Shown: one piece after another, positions 40,077 to 51,255 of the stretch | Numbering within the stretch: the stretch's first letter is position 1 | Layout: the number at the start of each line of letters is the position of its first letter | Assembly (NCBI GenBank): GCA_028694995.1 | Contig: JAQVJU010000001.1 | Location: 173,318-237,317, forward strand | Reading direction: 5' to 3' | DNA length: 64,000 nucleotides | Source of the DNA: Minisyncoccota bacterium | GTDB taxonomy: Bacteria; Patescibacteriota; Minisyncoccia; UBA6257 | Notes under the pieces: generated by a model | The model's database searches: none | The model's input: the letters and a program-made list of their open reading frames with translations, nothing else | What the model was told of the DNA's origin: nothing | Program-made: the position numbers and the translations under genes

Positions 40077-41282
40077 ATGGATAAAAAAATACAAAAACTA
40101 CTCACAATTTTCCTAATCATTGGTATTTTAGGTTCTTTTATCTTTGGTTTTCTTGGTGGTGTTTTTTCAACACATTATGTTGGTGATTTTTTCTTGAAAA
40201 AAAATCAAGAAAAAGACATATCTAGTTTAACTGAAAGTGACTATGAAAGAAAAATAATAGAAGCAGTTAAGAATAGTGAAAATTCTGTAGTCAGTGTTAT
40301 TGCGACAAAGGATTTACCAAAAATAGAAGAATATTATATCAATCCTTTTGAGGGATTTGGACCTTTTGATTTTTACTTTCAGATTCCCCAATATCGTCAA
40401 AGAGGAACAGAAGAAAAAGAGGTAAGCGCTGGCAGTGGTTTTGTAATTGATTCTCAAGGCTATATCATTACAAATCAACATGTAGTAGAAGATACGACTG
40501 CTAATTATACGGTTTTAATGAATGATGGAGAAAAATACAATGCTGAAGTAGTCGCTCGTGATTTAATAGAAGATTTTGCTATTTTAAAAATTAAAAAAGA
40601 TGGATTAACCTCTTTGCCTTTGGGCGATTCTAGTAATATTGCCTTAGGGCAAACAGTAATTGCTATTGGTAATGCTTTAGGAGAATTTCAAAATACAGTT
40701 TCTGTAGGTGTAATTTCCGGTCTTTCTCGTTCAATAGATGTTCCTGATAATTATGGACAAAGAATCAGTTTAAATAATGTTATTCAAACTGATGTGGCCA
40801 TTAATCAAGGAAATTCTGGTGGTCCATTATTAAACTTAAAAGGTGAAGTCATTGGTTTAAATACAGCTAAGGTATTAAGCGCTGAAAATATTGGTTTTGC
40901 TATTCCAATAAATAAAATTAAAAATGCCATTGAACAGGTGATAGAAACTGGAGAATTTAAGATTCCTTATCTAGGGGTGAGATACATATTAATTAATTCA
41001 ATTGTTCAAGAAGAAAAAGAATTACCTGTTGATTATGGTGCTTTAATACTACAGGGAAGTAAAAATGAACCAGCAATAGAAAAAGATTCTCCTGCTTGGT
41101 TTGCTGGACTTGAAGAAAATGATATAATTTTGGAGCTGGATAACATTAAAATAGATGAGGAGAATCAATTGGCAACTCTGATTCGGCAATACAAACCTGG
41201 AGATAAGATTGTTTTGAAAATATTACGCAATGATGAAACCTTAATCAAAGAAATTGTTTTGGGAGAATTCCCTCAGAAATAA
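40077..41282 (+). CDS. htrA: HtrA/DegP-family serine protease with PDZ domain
   Basis: N-terminal TM, GSGF, TNQHV, GNSGGPL, C-terminal PDZ. Confidence 0.9.
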   Translation: MDKKIQKLLTIFLIIGILGSFIFGFLGGVFSTHYVGDFFLKKNQEKDISSLTESDYERKIIEAVKNSENSVVSVIATKDLPKIEEYYINPFEGFGPFDFYFQIPQYRQRGTEEKEVSAGSGFVIDSQGYIITNQHVVEDTTANYTVLMNDGEKYNAEVVARDLIEDFAILKIKKDGLTSLPLGDSSNIALGQTVIAIGNALGEFQNTVSVGVISGLSRSIDVPDNYGQRISLNNVIQTDVAINQGNSGGPLLNLKGEVIGLNTAKVLSAENIGFAIPINKIKNAIEQVIETGEFKIPYLGVRYILINSIVQEEKELPVDYGALILQGSKNEPAIEKDSPAWFAGLEENDIILELDNIKIDEENQLATLIRQYKPGDKIVLKILRNDETLIKEIVLGEFPQK

Positions 41283-41294
41283 AAATTATTAAAT

Positions 41295-43922
41295 ATGTCT
41301 TTAGGTAGATTTACATCAAAAGCCCAAGCGGCAATAGAAAAAGCCCAACAGATGGCTTTGGAAAGAAACCAAGGAGAGATGCGCGCTCTTCATCTTTTGT
41401 ATGTTTTATTAGAAGAAACTGATTCTGGAATAAGAGATATATTAGAAAAAAATATGAAGGTTGATGCAGAAGGTCTTTTACAAGACACATTAGAAGAGAT
41501 TGTTAAATTGCCTCGGATTTTCAGTATTGGTGATGGTTTAAAACAAATGTATCTTTCTCAAGAGATAATACAAGTAATAGAAACGGCAGCTAGAAAAACA
41601 ATAGAGGATAAGAATGAATATGTTTCCCCAGAATATTTGTTTTATGGAATTCTGGTTACTAAAAATTCAGCACAAGATTTATTGAATAAATACAATCTTA
41701 AGAAAGATCCTTTTCTTAAAGCTCTTTATGAATATTCTCAAGGAGAGAAAATAACAGATGAGTTTCAAGAAATGGGAACAGCTATAGAAAAATACACACA
41801 AGATTTGAATAAATTAGCAGCTGAAGATAAATTAGACCCAGTTATTGGAAGAGAAGAAGAATTAAGACGGATAATGCAGATTTTATCAAGAAGGACTAAA
41901 AATAACCCGATTTTAATTGGAGAAGCTGGAGTAGGTAAAACTGCAGTTATTGAAGGTTTGGCTCAGTTAATTGCTTCTGGTGAAGTGCCTGAAAGCTTGA
42001 TAGATAAAAAAATAATTTCCTTGGATTTAGGCTCTTTGATTGCTGGAACTAGATTTAGAGGTGAATTTGAAGAAAGATTAAAGAATTTATTAAAAGAGAT
42101 AAAAAAAGCTGGTAATATTATTATCTTTATTGATGAGGTTCATACTCTTGTTGGTGCTGGAGCAGCTGAAGGAGCTATTGATGCTTCAAATCTTTTAAAA
42201 CCTGCTTTGGCCCGTGGAGAATTGCGAGCAATAGGCGCGGCAACTTTTAAAGATTTTCGAGAATATATAGAGAAAGACCCAGCTTTAGAGCGTCGTTTCC
42301 AACCGGTTTTTGTTGAAGAACCTTCTCCAGAAGAAACCATGGATATTTTAAGAGGATTAAAAGTGAAATATGAAGCTCATCATGGTTTGAAAATATCAGA
42401 AGAGGCTATAGAGGCAGCAGTTCAATTATCTAGTCGTTATATTTCTTCTCGCTTTTTACCTGATAAAGCCATAGATTTAGTTGATGAAGCTGCTTCAGTA
42501 TTAAGTTTGGAAATTGGCAGTATTCCTTCATCAATTAGTGATTTGAAGAATAAGATAAAATTCTTTGAATTAAGACAAAAAGCAATAAAAAGAGAAGGCT
42601 CTAAATCTGTTAAAGATGTTTCCAGCACTAAAATCAATAACGAATTAAGACAATTAAAAAGAAAATTAAAAGAATTGAATAGTAAATGGCAAAAAGAGAA
42701 GAAAATATTTACTGAGGTTGGAGATATTAAAAAAGAAAGAGAAAGATTATTAAGAGAATCTCAGGAAAATGAAAAAGCAGGTCAATTAGATAAAGTGGCA
42801 GAAATAGTTTATGGAAAAATACCTCAACTGGAAAAGAATTTAAAAGTAAAAGAAAAGAGTTTAGAAAAAATACCTAATAGAGAAAGATTCTTAAAAGAAG
42901 AAGTGATGGCTGAAGATATAGCCAAGGTAGTTTCTAATTGGACTGGAATTCCAGTAACTAGAATGTTAGAAGAAGAAAGCAGAAAATTAGCGCGGATAGA
43001 GAAAGAATTGGCTAAAAGAGTTGTTGGTCAAGAAGAAGCGATTCAAGCTATTAGTCGGGCAATTAAAAGAGCTAGAGTTGGCATTTCAGAAGAAGAAAGG
43101 CCAATGGGATCTTTTATGTTCTTAGGGCCAACTGGAGTTGGAAAAACAGAGTTAGCCAAGGCTTTGGCAGAATTTATGTTTTCTGATGAGAAAGCTATGA
43201 TTCGTGTTGATATGTCAGAATACATGGAAAAGCATAGTGTGGCTCGTTTAATAGGCTCACCCCCAGGCTATATTGGTTATGAAGCTGGAGGTCAGTTGAC
43301 TGAAGAAGTTAAACACCGACCTTATAGCTTGGTATTGTTTGATGAAATAGAAAAGGCCCATCCTGAGGTATTTAATATCCTACTTCAGGTTTTAGATAAT
43401 GGTCGTTTGACTGATGGCAAAGGCCGGGTGGTTAATTTTAAAAATACGATTATAATAATGACCTCAAATTTGGGCGGAGAATATATTCACCAAATGGCAT
43501 CTTTGGGGTTTGCAGTTAGTAAGAAAAACAAAGTGGAAGAACAACGAGAAGAATTAAAATCTAAAATCCATGAATCTTTAAAAGAGAAATTCCGTCCAGA
43601 ATTCTTAAACCGAATTGATGAAATAATTATCTTTAATTCTCTTCATAGTCGAGAGATAGAGAAAATTATTGATTTGCAAATGGCAAAGATTAACAATCGA
43701 CTGGCTGAAAGGAAAATTCATTTAGAATTGACATCAGAGGCAAAAAAATATTTGGCTCAAAAAGGATTTAGCGCTGAATATGGAGTGCGTCCTCTAAAGA
43801 GGTTAATAGAAAAAGAAATATTAGATCGTTTAGCTGATGCGATGATTATTGGAGAAATAAAAGAAGATAAAAAGCTTTTGATAAACTTGAAAAAGAATAG
43901 TCTTAATTTATGTCAAAAATAG
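41295..43922 (+). CDS. clpB: ClpB-type AAA+ chaperone (carries an LGF loop)
   Basis: [14 protein letters not shown], long middle coiled coil, [19 protein letters not shown]. Confidence 0.85.
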   Translation: MSLGRFTSKAQAAIEKAQQMALERNQGEMRALHLLYVLLEETDSGIRDILEKNMKVDAEGLLQDTLEEIVKLPRIFSIGDGLKQMYLSQEIIQVIETAARKTIEDKNEYVSPEYLFYGILVTKNSAQDLLNKYNLKKDPFLKALYEYSQGEKITDEFQEMGTAIEKYTQDLNKLAAEDKLDPVIGREEELRRIMQILSRRTKNNPILIGEAGVGKTAVIEGLAQLIASGEVPESLIDKKIISLDLGSLIAGTRFRGEFEERLKNLLKEIKKAGNIIIFIDEVHTLVGAGAAEGAIDASNLLKPALARGELRAIGAATFKDFREYIEKDPALERRFQPVFVEEPSPEETMDILRGLKVKYEAHHGLKISEEAIEAAVQLSSRYISSRFLPDKAIDLVDEAASVLSLEIGSIPSSISDLKNKIKFFELRQKAIKREGSKSVKDVSSTKINNELRQLKRKLKELNSKWQKEKKIFTEVGDIKKERERLLRESQENEKAGQLDKVAEIVYGKIPQLEKNLKVKEKSLEKIPNRERFLKEEVMAEDIAKVVSNWTGIPVTRMLEEESRKLARIEKELAKRVVGQEEAIQAISRAIKRARVGISEEERPMGSFMFLGPTGVGKTELAKALAEFMFSDEKAMIRVDMSEYMEKHSVARLIGSPPGYIGYEAGGQLTEEVKHRPYSLVLFDEIEKAHPEVFNILLQVLDNGRLTDGKGRVVNFKNTIIIMTSNLGGEYIHQMASLGFAVSKKNKVEEQREELKSKIHESLKEKFRPEFLNRIDEIIIFNSLHSREIEKIIDLQMAKINNRLAERKIHLELTSEAKKYLAQKGFSAEYGVRPLKRLIEKEILDRLADAMIIGEIKEDKKLLINLKKNSLNLCQK

Positions 43923-44620
43923 TAAAGTTTCTTTTTTCTTTAGAAACTAAAGTTTTATTCTTTTTTACGCTTTATATCATAGCGCTTTTTGGAAGCGCTA
44001 TCTTTCCTTTTAATTTTTTTTATGCAATTTTAACTTGTTTGTTAATTATTGTTTTATGGAAGATTGTCCTAGGTCTTTCTTGGGTTAATTTTGCATTTCT
44101 TTTTTTTGCTTTTTTAGAAGTTAATGTTATTAAATCTTTTTTTAGACCTTTTTGGGTGATAATATTTATTTTCCTGTTTTTATTCTTTTTTTGGCAGAAG
44201 TGTTTTGCCTATAAAAACAATAAAAACTCTGAAAGAAAGAGTTTTGATTGTTTGACCAATTTGGCTTGTTCAAAAATGGAAAAATATTGGCGGGAGATTC
44301 TTTTTTATTATCTTTTTTTAACTTGGATAATTATTGCTTATGGTTTGTATTTCTTTTTGAATTATTTTTTTAGTATAAGTTTCTTAATATATTTTTCTGG
44401 ATTAATGATTTTTGCTAATCTTTATTTGGTGTTTTCCAACGTGCGTTGTTCTGATTACTTAATTTCTTTTTGGATTTTACTTCTTGTTAATTTGGAATTC
44501 TTTGTATTATTTAGTTATCTTTCGTTAAATGTTTTGATTTTAAGTCTTTTATTAGCTTTGGTTTTTCATTTTTCTGCTTATTTTTTGGAGCGCAAACATT
44601 CATCAATTGTTCTTCAATAA
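43910..44620 (+). CDS. Hypothetical polytopic membrane protein
   Basis: Very hydrophobic 236-aa ORF overlapping the clpB end. Confidence 0.6.
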   Translation: MSKIVKFLFSLETKVLFFFTLYIIALFGSAIFPFNFFYAILTCLLIIVLWKIVLGLSWVNFAFLFFAFLEVNVIKSFFRPFWVIIFIFLFLFFFWQKCFAYKNNKNSERKSFDCLTNLACSKMEKYWREILFYYLFLTWIIIAYGLYFFLNYFFSISFLIYFSGLMIFANLYLVFSNVRCSDYLISFWILLLVNLEFFVLFSYLSLNVLILSLLLALVFHFSAYFLERKHSSIVLQ

Positions 44621-45134
44621 TTGGAAAAGTTTTATTAAGTATTTGTTTTTCTTGAGAATTGAAATTTGTTAAAACTAATTTATCAGCTTTTTGGCGTTGA
44701 GAAGGAGAACGGATGCCAATTCTTAATCGATAAAAATTCTTTGATTTTAAAAAATGAATAATAGATTCAACTCCTTTATGTCCTGCTGAACCGCGTCCAA
44801 AATGAATTTTAAAATTACCCAAAGCGATATCAGAATCATCATGAGCAATGAAAATATTCTTAAGAGGCAATTGGTAGAATTGTTTTAATAGATTTAATGT
44901 TTTGCCTGATTGATTCATAAAAACCAGAGATTTAGCTAAAATAATTGAACAATTGTTTATCTTAATTAAGCTTATTTTAGCCATGCATTTTTTATTACTT
45001 TTCCATTCAGTACCTGCATGTTTATGAACTAAATAATCAAGAAAAATATGACCAGTATTATGACGGTTGTTTTGGAAGGTAATATCTGGGTTGCCTAATC
45101 CTGTAATGAGGATTTTTTGTTTAAGATTAGCCAT
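44511..45134 (-). CDS. pth: Peptidyl-tRNA hydrolase
   Basis: GLGNP, RHNTG, FMNQSG, HDD, SAGHKG, RLRIGI; likely start ATG 45134. Confidence 0.93.
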   Translation of the reverse strand: MANLKQKILITGLGNPDITFQNNRHNTGHIFLDYLVHKHAGTEWKSNKKCMAKISLIKINNCSIILAKSLVFMNQSGKTLNLLKQFYQLPLKNIFIAHDDSDIALGNFKIHFGRGSAGHKGVESIIHFLKSKNFYRLRIGIRSPSQRQKADKLVLTNFNSQEKQILNKTFPIIEEQLMNVCAPKNKQKNEKPKLIKDLKSKHLTKDN

Positions 45135-45138
45135 TATT

Positions 45139-46146
45139 TTATGAAGAAATTTTTTCTTTGATGTATTCTTGGATTTTTTGATATTTTTCAAAACCTTCTC
45201 GGGGAATTAAAATGTAAATATCTTGGGCTGAAGATTCGCTAGTATAAGTAGTGGTGGATAATAATTCATCTGGAGGACGATTGGTTATTTGAAGATATTC
45301 CATTTCATCTGTGGAAATATCTTTAATAAGATTAAAAATATTCCAAAGAGCATTAAAGTCTAAATCAGCAATAATATGGTTATTAAGTGATTGCCAAATT
45401 TTTAACCAAGTGACTAAATTCCAGACATCAGCCAGTTTTGTTAATTTATTTTTAAGAGCAGCAATTATTTGTTGTTGGTGTCGCATACGGTAAAAATCTC
45501 CTTCTGGGGCATAACGGCTGCGGACAAATTTAATTGCCAGATCTCCATCTAAATGACGCCAGCCAGCAGCCAAATGGAAAATCTCAGTTGGTTTATGAGG
45601 ATTAATCAATAAAGGGTCATAAACATCAGTTTCTAACCAAATATCAATACCACCAATAGCATCTATTAATTTACCAAATCCTTCTAGTTCTAAGATAACA
45701 GTTTCATCTATTTTCAATCCAGTTATTTCTTCTGCTTTTTTTGTAATGAAACTTGATTTTGTTGCTTGGGAAAATTTTTTACCCCTGTTTTCCATTGCAT
45801 AAAGTCCATTGATTTTGGTTTCTTGTGAGGAATTAGGAATTCTAACCCAGAGGTCACGGGGAATAGAGATAAGAGCAATTTTTTTATTAGTAAAATCAAG
45901 ATGAGTCACTAAGATAGTGTCAGTGGCAAATTGTCCCCTAGAGCCTTCACCGACAATTCCTAAGAGGAGGAGATTAAGAGAAGAGTTTTTTGTTCTTACT
46001 GATTCTTGAATATCAAAATCATTGTAAGAATTGTAAGAAAAAAGATATTCTTTTGGTTGTGATTGGTTTAATAGTAAAAAAAATAACCCGAAGAATAAAC
46101 CAACAGCTAAGATAATCAATAAATTTTTTTTAGAAAAAAAGCTCAT
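45139..46146 (-). CDS. LCP (LytR-CpsA-Psr) family glycopolymer transferase
   Basis: N-terminal TM, TDTI, SIPRDLWV, FVRSR, DFYRMRHQQ; likely start ATG 46146. Confidence 0.9.
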   Translation of the reverse strand: MSFFSKKNLLIILAVGLFFGLFFLLLNQSQPKEYLFSYNSYNDFDIQESVRTKNSSLNLLLLGIVGEGSRGQFATDTILVTHLDFTNKKIALISIPRDLWVRIPNSSQETKINGLYAMENRGKKFSQATKSSFITKKAEEITGLKIDETVILELEGFGKLIDAIGGIDIWLETDVYDPLLINPHKPTEIFHLAAGWRHLDGDLAIKFVRSRYAPEGDFYRMRHQQQIIAALKNKLTKLADVWNLVTWLKIWQSLNNHIIADLDFNALWNIFNLIKDISTDEMEYLQITNRPPDELLSTTTYTSESSAQDIYILIPREGFEKYQKIQEYIKEKISS

Positions 46147-46203
46147 TTTAAACAATTTATCACATTTGCTTTCAGAGTTCAATTGTGATATTATTTTTGA
46201 GAT

Positions 46204-46734
46204 ATGTGGCGAAAAATTCTTTGGGAAAATTTAGAAATGATTTTTATCGCAATTCTTATAGTGGCGCCTATAAGATATTTTTTAATTCAGCCTTTTATAG
46301 TTCATGGGAGCAGTATGGAGCCTAATTTTTATACTCAAGATTATTTAATTATAGATGAATTAACCTATCGTTTTCGTAATCCAGAAAGATATGAGGTGAT
46401 AGTTTTTAAAGCTCCCAATCATCAAAATCAATACTATATTAAGAGAATTATTGGCTTACCAGGAGAAACTATTAGCATTGATGATGGTCAGATAGAAATA
46501 TCTCATCCTTTAAAAGGTTCTTTTATTTTAGAGCAAGATTTTTTATCCAATGAATTAAAGACTTCAGGAAGTCTTGAATTGACTTTAGCTAATAATCAAT
46601 TTTTTGTATTAGGAGATAATCGTTTGGCCTCTTATGATTCTCGGAATTGGGGGCCAGTGGAAAGAAATTTGATCATTGGTCGGGTTTGGCTTCGTTTATG
46701 GCCTTTTAAGAAAATTGAAGCATATGGCATCTGA
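46204..46734 (+). CDS. lepB: Signal peptidase I
   Basis: SMEPN, IKRIIGLPGE, GDNR..SYDSR. Confidence 0.95.
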   Translation: MWRKILWENLEMIFIAILIVAPIRYFLIQPFIVHGSSMEPNFYTQDYLIIDELTYRFRNPERYEVIVFKAPNHQNQYYIKRIIGLPGETISIDDGQIEISHPLKGSFILEQDFLSNELKTSGSLELTLANNQFFVLGDNRLASYDSRNWGPVERNLIIGRVWLRLWPFKKIEAYGI

Positions 46735-48034
46735 AAAAGAATTAACTCAAAAAACCAGAAAACAATCTTTTCAGACTCCTCGGGGAATGAAAGATATTTT
46801 AGCTGAAGACTGGTTGTATTATGACTTTATATTACAAAATGCTAAAAAGATTTTTGAATTTTATGGTTTTAAAAGAATAGAAACTCCTTTATTAGAAGAG
46901 GCAGAATTATTTACCAAAGGAGTTGGCAAGAAAACAGAAATTGTTGGTAAGGAAATGTATCTTTTGAAAACTAAAGGAGAACAAGGGTTTTTAGCTTTGC
47001 GACCAGAAGGCACAGCGCCGATTGTCAGGGCTTATATAGAAAAGGGAATGTTTAATTTGCCACAACCGATAAAATTGTATTATTTTGGTTCTTTTTTCCG
47101 TCATGAAAAACCTCAGGCTGGACGTTATCGCCAGTTTTATCAGTTTGGGGCAGAGATAATAGGAGAAGATGATATTGCTTCAGAAGTAAAGATTATAATG
47201 CTTTCAAAGATATTTTTAGAATCTTTGGGTTTTGCTAAAAAAGATATTTTCTTACTTCTTAACAGTATTGGTTGTTCTAAATGCCGGGCAGTTTATATCC
47301 GAGAGCTTAAAAAATATTACAGAAAGAATAACAAACAGATTTGTTCTGATTGTCGTCGACGAATACAAGAAAATCCTCTTAGGGTGTTGGATTGTAAAAA
47401 TGAAAAGTGTTATCCTGTAAAAGAAGGAGCGCCTTTTATACTCGATTATCTATGCACTGAATGCAATAATCACTTTAAATCTCTCTTGGAGTACCTTGAA
47501 TATTTAAATATCCCTTATATTCTAGACAAAACCTTGGTTAGGGGTTTGGATTATTACACCAGAACTGTTTTTGAATTTTGCTTAGATGATGAAAAGAGCA
47601 AGATTTCTCTTGGTGGCGGTGGTAGATATGATAAATTGGCAGAAATTATAGGTAGAGTTAAAAAACCAGGTGTGGGAGTGGCTTTTGGTGTTGAACGATT
47701 AATGGAAGAAATGATTCAACGAGGCAAGGGATTTAAATCAGCAAAACCAGAAGTTTTCTTGGTCTATATCGGAGAGGCAGCTAAGAAAATGTCTTTTAAA
47801 ATTTTAGAGCAATTTCGCAAAGAGAAAATCCTTATTGGGGAAAATTTGGAAAAAAACAATTTGCGAGCTCAATTAAAAAATGCTGACCGTTTGGGAGTGA
47901 AATATGTTTTTATGCTTGGTCAGCAAGAAGTTTTAGATGAGATGATAATTTTAAAAGATATGAATTCTGGGCTTCAAGAATTAATTCCTTTAGATAAAAT
48001 TATCCCCGAAATTAAAAAAAGATTAAATAAATAG
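46724..48034 (+). CDS. hisS: Histidyl-tRNA synthetase
   Basis: PRGMKD, LRPEGTA, GRYRQFYQ, RGLDYY, GGGRYD; likely start ATG 46724. Confidence 0.97.
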   Translation: MASEKELTQKTRKQSFQTPRGMKDILAEDWLYYDFILQNAKKIFEFYGFKRIETPLLEEAELFTKGVGKKTEIVGKEMYLLKTKGEQGFLALRPEGTAPIVRAYIEKGMFNLPQPIKLYYFGSFFRHEKPQAGRYRQFYQFGAEIIGEDDIASEVKIIMLSKIFLESLGFAKKDIFLLLNSIGCSKCRAVYIRELKKYYRKNNKQICSDCRRRIQENPLRVLDCKNEKCYPVKEGAPFILDYLCTECNNHFKSLLEYLEYLNIPYILDKTLVRGLDYYTRTVFEFCLDDEKSKISLGGGGRYDKLAEIIGRVKKPGVGVAFGVERLMEEMIQRGKGFKSAKPEVFLVYIGEAAKKMSFKILEQFRKEKILIGENLEKNNLRAQLKNADRLGVKYVFMLGQQEVLDEMIILKDMNSGLQELIPLDKIIPEIKKRLNK

Positions 48035-48046
48035 AAAACAATAATT

Positions 48047-48262
48047 ATGGCCATTACAGTTAAAAGAAGAAGAGGTGAAAATATAAATTCTTTTTTAAGT
48101 CGCGCTTTTAAGGTTATTAAAAAAAGCGGTATTTTATTAGAAGCGCGAAAAAGAAAATACTATAATCCCAAACCAACTAAAAGAGATTTAAAATTATCAG
48201 CTTTACATAAACAAAAAGTGCTTCAAGAGATTGAAAGAAAAAGGAAAAAAGGACTTATTTAA
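48047..48262 (+). CDS. rpsU: 30S ribosomal protein S21
   Basis: ITVKRRRGENINSFL.R...KKSGIL.EARKRKYY.PKP. Confidence 0.85.
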   Translation: MAITVKRRRGENINSFLSRAFKVIKKSGILLEARKRKYYNPKPTKRDLKLSALHKQKVLQEIERKRKKGLI

Positions 48263-48267
48263 AATGA

Positions 48268-48723
48268 ATGGTTCTAAAAACTGAAATTTTGATATATAAT
48301 TTAAGTGGGAAGAGAATTCCTTCAAAGAAATTCTTAAATGATTTAATAAAAAAAGTCCTGATTCTCCTTAAAGAAAAGAATAAAGTTCATTTGGCACTGG
48401 TTTTTATAGATCCAGAAGCAAGTCAAAAATTAAACAAGCATTGGCGTAATAAAAATACAGCAACAACAGTTCTTTCTTTTCCGCTTAAAGAAAATTTACC
48501 TTCAAAGCTGTTGGAAAAGGAAAAGGTTTTAGGAGATATTTTTCTTTGTCCAGAAGAAATAGAAAACCAAGCTAGAAAAACTAAACTCTCTGTTCTTTTC
48601 TTTTATAAAACATTAATTGTTCATAGTTTGCTCCATCTTTATGGTTATAGTCATCATCAGAAAAAAGAGGCGCAAAAAATGGAAATTTTAGAAAACAAGA
48701 TTATAGGTTTACTTAATAAATAA
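48268..48723 (+). CDS. ybeY: rRNA maturation endoribonuclease YbeY
   Basis: LN..WR.K...T.VLSF, LGDI, HSLLHLYGYSH. Confidence 0.92.
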   Translation: MVLKTEILIYNLSGKRIPSKKFLNDLIKKVLILLKEKNKVHLALVFIDPEASQKLNKHWRNKNTATTVLSFPLKENLPSKLLEKEKVLGDIFLCPEEIENQARKTKLSVLFFYKTLIVHSLLHLYGYSHHQKKEAQKMEILENKIIGLLNK

Positions 48724-48725
48724 TT

Positions 48726-49943
48726 ATGAAAATTCCTTTCTTAGCTATAGACTTAGGTTCAGCAAATATAAAGGCTTTAGTGGCTCAAGTTGATGCCCAA
48801 GGATTAAATGTTATTTTGCCAGCTAACCGCAAGTCACGAGGAATTAAGGAAGGGGTGCCTAATAATCTAGAAGCAGTGGCTGAGGAATTAGATAGCTTAA
48901 TTGCTGAAATAGAATCAATGTTAAAAAATGTTGCTTTTAGAGAAGCAGTGGTTGGAATTGGAGGTTCAAACTTAGAAACCCGTGTTTCAAAAGGAACCGC
49001 AGTGGTTACGAGGCCTGACCAGGAGATCGGAGAAGATGATATTCAAAGGGCTAATAAAGCCGCTGAGGCTTTTGCCTTACCTTCTAATAGAACTTTGATT
49101 CAAGCAGCCTTAAGAAGCTATATCGTAGATGGAGTGGCAAAGGTAAAAGATCCCTTAGGCATGAAAGGGTTAAAAATTGAATCTGAATGTCTTTTAATAG
49201 ATGCTTTTAGCCCTGACATTCATTCAATTGACCGTCTTGGGGAAATGATTAATATTAAATTTAATCCTAAGTTAATTCTTCCTTATGCTGGAGCAGAGAT
49301 TGCTTTAACAGCCCAAGACAAGGATTTAGGAGCAGTAGCTTTAGATTTAGGAGCAAGTACCACCAGTCTTTGCGTTTATGAGAATAATGAAATCTTGGAT
49401 TTAAAAGTATTCCCTGTTGGCGGCAATGCAATAACCAATGATATTGCAGTGGGTTTAAAGACAAGTGTTGATATTGCTGAAAAGATAAAGATAAATGAAG
49501 GTTTGGCTTTGAAAAGAAAAGTAACCAAAGACCAAGAAATTAATTGGGAGACATATTATGAAGATGATAGCGCAGGGGATAAAGTGACAAGGAAGTTTTT
49601 AGCAGAAATAATAGAAGCGCGCTTAGATGAAATTTTTGATTTAGTGGCTAAAAGATTAAAAGAAATCAATCGTTTTGAAAAATTACCTGGTGGGGTGGTT
49701 ATCTATGGTGGTGGAGCTAAAATGTCTTTGATAATAGATTTGGCAAAAGAAAGATTAAAACTTCCAGTGCGTTTTGCAAAACCAGAAATTGAATGGTATC
49801 AAGAAACATCTGATTTGAGTTTGATACCAGTTTTGGGATTATTGCTTTTAAGAGCTCAGGGACAGAGAGAAGGTTTTATCTCTTTAGAAGATGGAGTTTT
49901 AGGAAAAGCGTTTCGTTTTTTTAAAAATATTTTTTCAATTTAA
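48726..49943 (+). CDS. ftsA: Cell division protein FtsA
   Basis: AIDLGS, LDLGASTT, GGNAITNDI, IIEAR; upstream of ftsZ. Confidence 0.95.
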   Translation: MKIPFLAIDLGSANIKALVAQVDAQGLNVILPANRKSRGIKEGVPNNLEAVAEELDSLIAEIESMLKNVAFREAVVGIGGSNLETRVSKGTAVVTRPDQEIGEDDIQRANKAAEAFALPSNRTLIQAALRSYIVDGVAKVKDPLGMKGLKIESECLLIDAFSPDIHSIDRLGEMINIKFNPKLILPYAGAEIALTAQDKDLGAVALDLGASTTSLCVYENNEILDLKVFPVGGNAITNDIAVGLKTSVDIAEKIKINEGLALKRKVTKDQEINWETYYEDDSAGDKVTRKFLAEIIEARLDEIFDLVAKRLKEINRFEKLPGGVVIYGGGAKMSLIIDLAKERLKLPVRFAKPEIEWYQETSDLSLIPVLGLLLLRAQGQREGFISLEDGVLGKAFRFFKNIFSI

Positions 49944-49956
49944 TTAATTTTTTAAT

Positions 49957-51231
49957 ATGAAGAAAAAGAAAATAAAAAAGAATCAAAGAAAAAAAGAATT
50001 GAAAAGTATTCCAAAAAAAAGAAAAGTGTTAAAAACACAAAAGACATTGAAGACAAAGAAGTTACCAAAGGTAAAAAAAGTTTCAAAGAAAAAGACAAAG
50101 GTAAGAAGATTAAAGCCAAAACAAGAAAAATCAGATTCTTTAAGCAAAAGAGTAAATGTTAAAATTATTGGTGTTGGTGGCGCTGGAGGTAATGTTGTTT
50201 CTCGAATGAAAGATAAGAAAGTTTTTGGCGTAGAATTTACTGCCATTAATACAGATTATCAAGGATTGCAACATACCAAGGCAGATATTAAGATTCAAAT
50301 CGGCAAAGATGCTTGTCGGGGATTGGGTGCAGGCATGGATCCGACAAAAGGCAAAGAAGCAGCAGAAGAAAATTTGGAAGAAATCAATCAGATAGTTCAA
50401 GGCGCAGATATGATTTTCTTAACATGTGGGTTAGGCGGTGGCACAGGTTCTGGAGCAGCGCCAATAGTAGCTAATTTAGCAAAACAAACAGGAGCTTTGG
50501 TGGTTGGAGTAGTGACCAAACCTTTTGTTTTTGAAGGGGAGAAAAGAGCTGAAATTGCTGAAGAAGCCTGGCAAAAACTGTTTAATGAAGTTGATGCTTT
50601 AATTACCATTCCCAATGATAGGATTTTTAATATCATTAATGAAGAAACGCCAATCTTAGAAGCCTTTAGTAAGATTGATGATATCTTAAAACAAGGAGTT
50701 GAAGCTGTGGTTAATTTAATTTCTTATCCAGGTTTGATTAATTTAGATTTTGCTAATATCAGGACAACCTTGACTGAAACTGGAAGCGCTTTGTTAGGCA
50801 TTGGTGTTGCCAAAGGTCAAGACCGAGCTAAAAAAGCAGCAGAAATGGCTATCTCATCTCCTTTATTAGATATTACAATAGAAGGGGCCAGAAGGGTTTT
50901 GTTTAATGTGGCTGGGACAAAAGATATGTCTTTGGTGGAAATACACAATGCAGCGCGGGTAATTACTCAGTCAATAGCTAAAGACGCTCAAGTGATATTT
51001 GGTACTAGTTTTGACAATGAGCTTCGTCAAGGGGAGATAAAGGTTATTGTGGTTGCTGGAGGTTTTGGTGAAGAATTAAGAGATTTTAGACCAGTATTGC
51101 CTTTAGAAATAAAAGTTCCAATTAATAAAGAACAAGAAGAAAAAGCCAAGGAACAAGAACAACAAGAAGCAGAATTGGAAATCCCAGCTTTTCTTAGGAG
51201 AAAACAAAAAAAAGAAGAAGAGCAGTTATAA
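49957..51231 (+). CDS. ftsZ: Cell division protein FtsZ with lysine-rich N-terminal extension
   Basis: GVGGAGGN, GGGTGSG tubulin signature, INLDFA, C-terminal LEIPAFLR. Confidence 0.97.
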   Translation: MKKKKIKKNQRKKELKSIPKKRKVLKTQKTLKTKKLPKVKKVSKKKTKVRRLKPKQEKSDSLSKRVNVKIIGVGGAGGNVVSRMKDKKVFGVEFTAINTDYQGLQHTKADIKIQIGKDACRGLGAGMDPTKGKEAAEENLEEINQIVQGADMIFLTCGLGGGTGSGAAPIVANLAKQTGALVVGVVTKPFVFEGEKRAEIAEEAWQKLFNEVDALITIPNDRIFNIINEETPILEAFSKIDDILKQGVEAVVNLISYPGLINLDFANIRTTLTETGSALLGIGVAKGQDRAKKAAEMAISSPLLDITIEGARRVLFNVAGTKDMSLVEIHNAARVITQSIAKDAQVIFGTSFDNELRQGEIKVIVVAGGFGEELRDFRPVLPLEIKVPINKEQEEKAKEQEQQEAELEIPAFLRRKQKKEEEQL

Positions 51232-51255
51232 GATTCAAAATTAATTATTTTAAGC

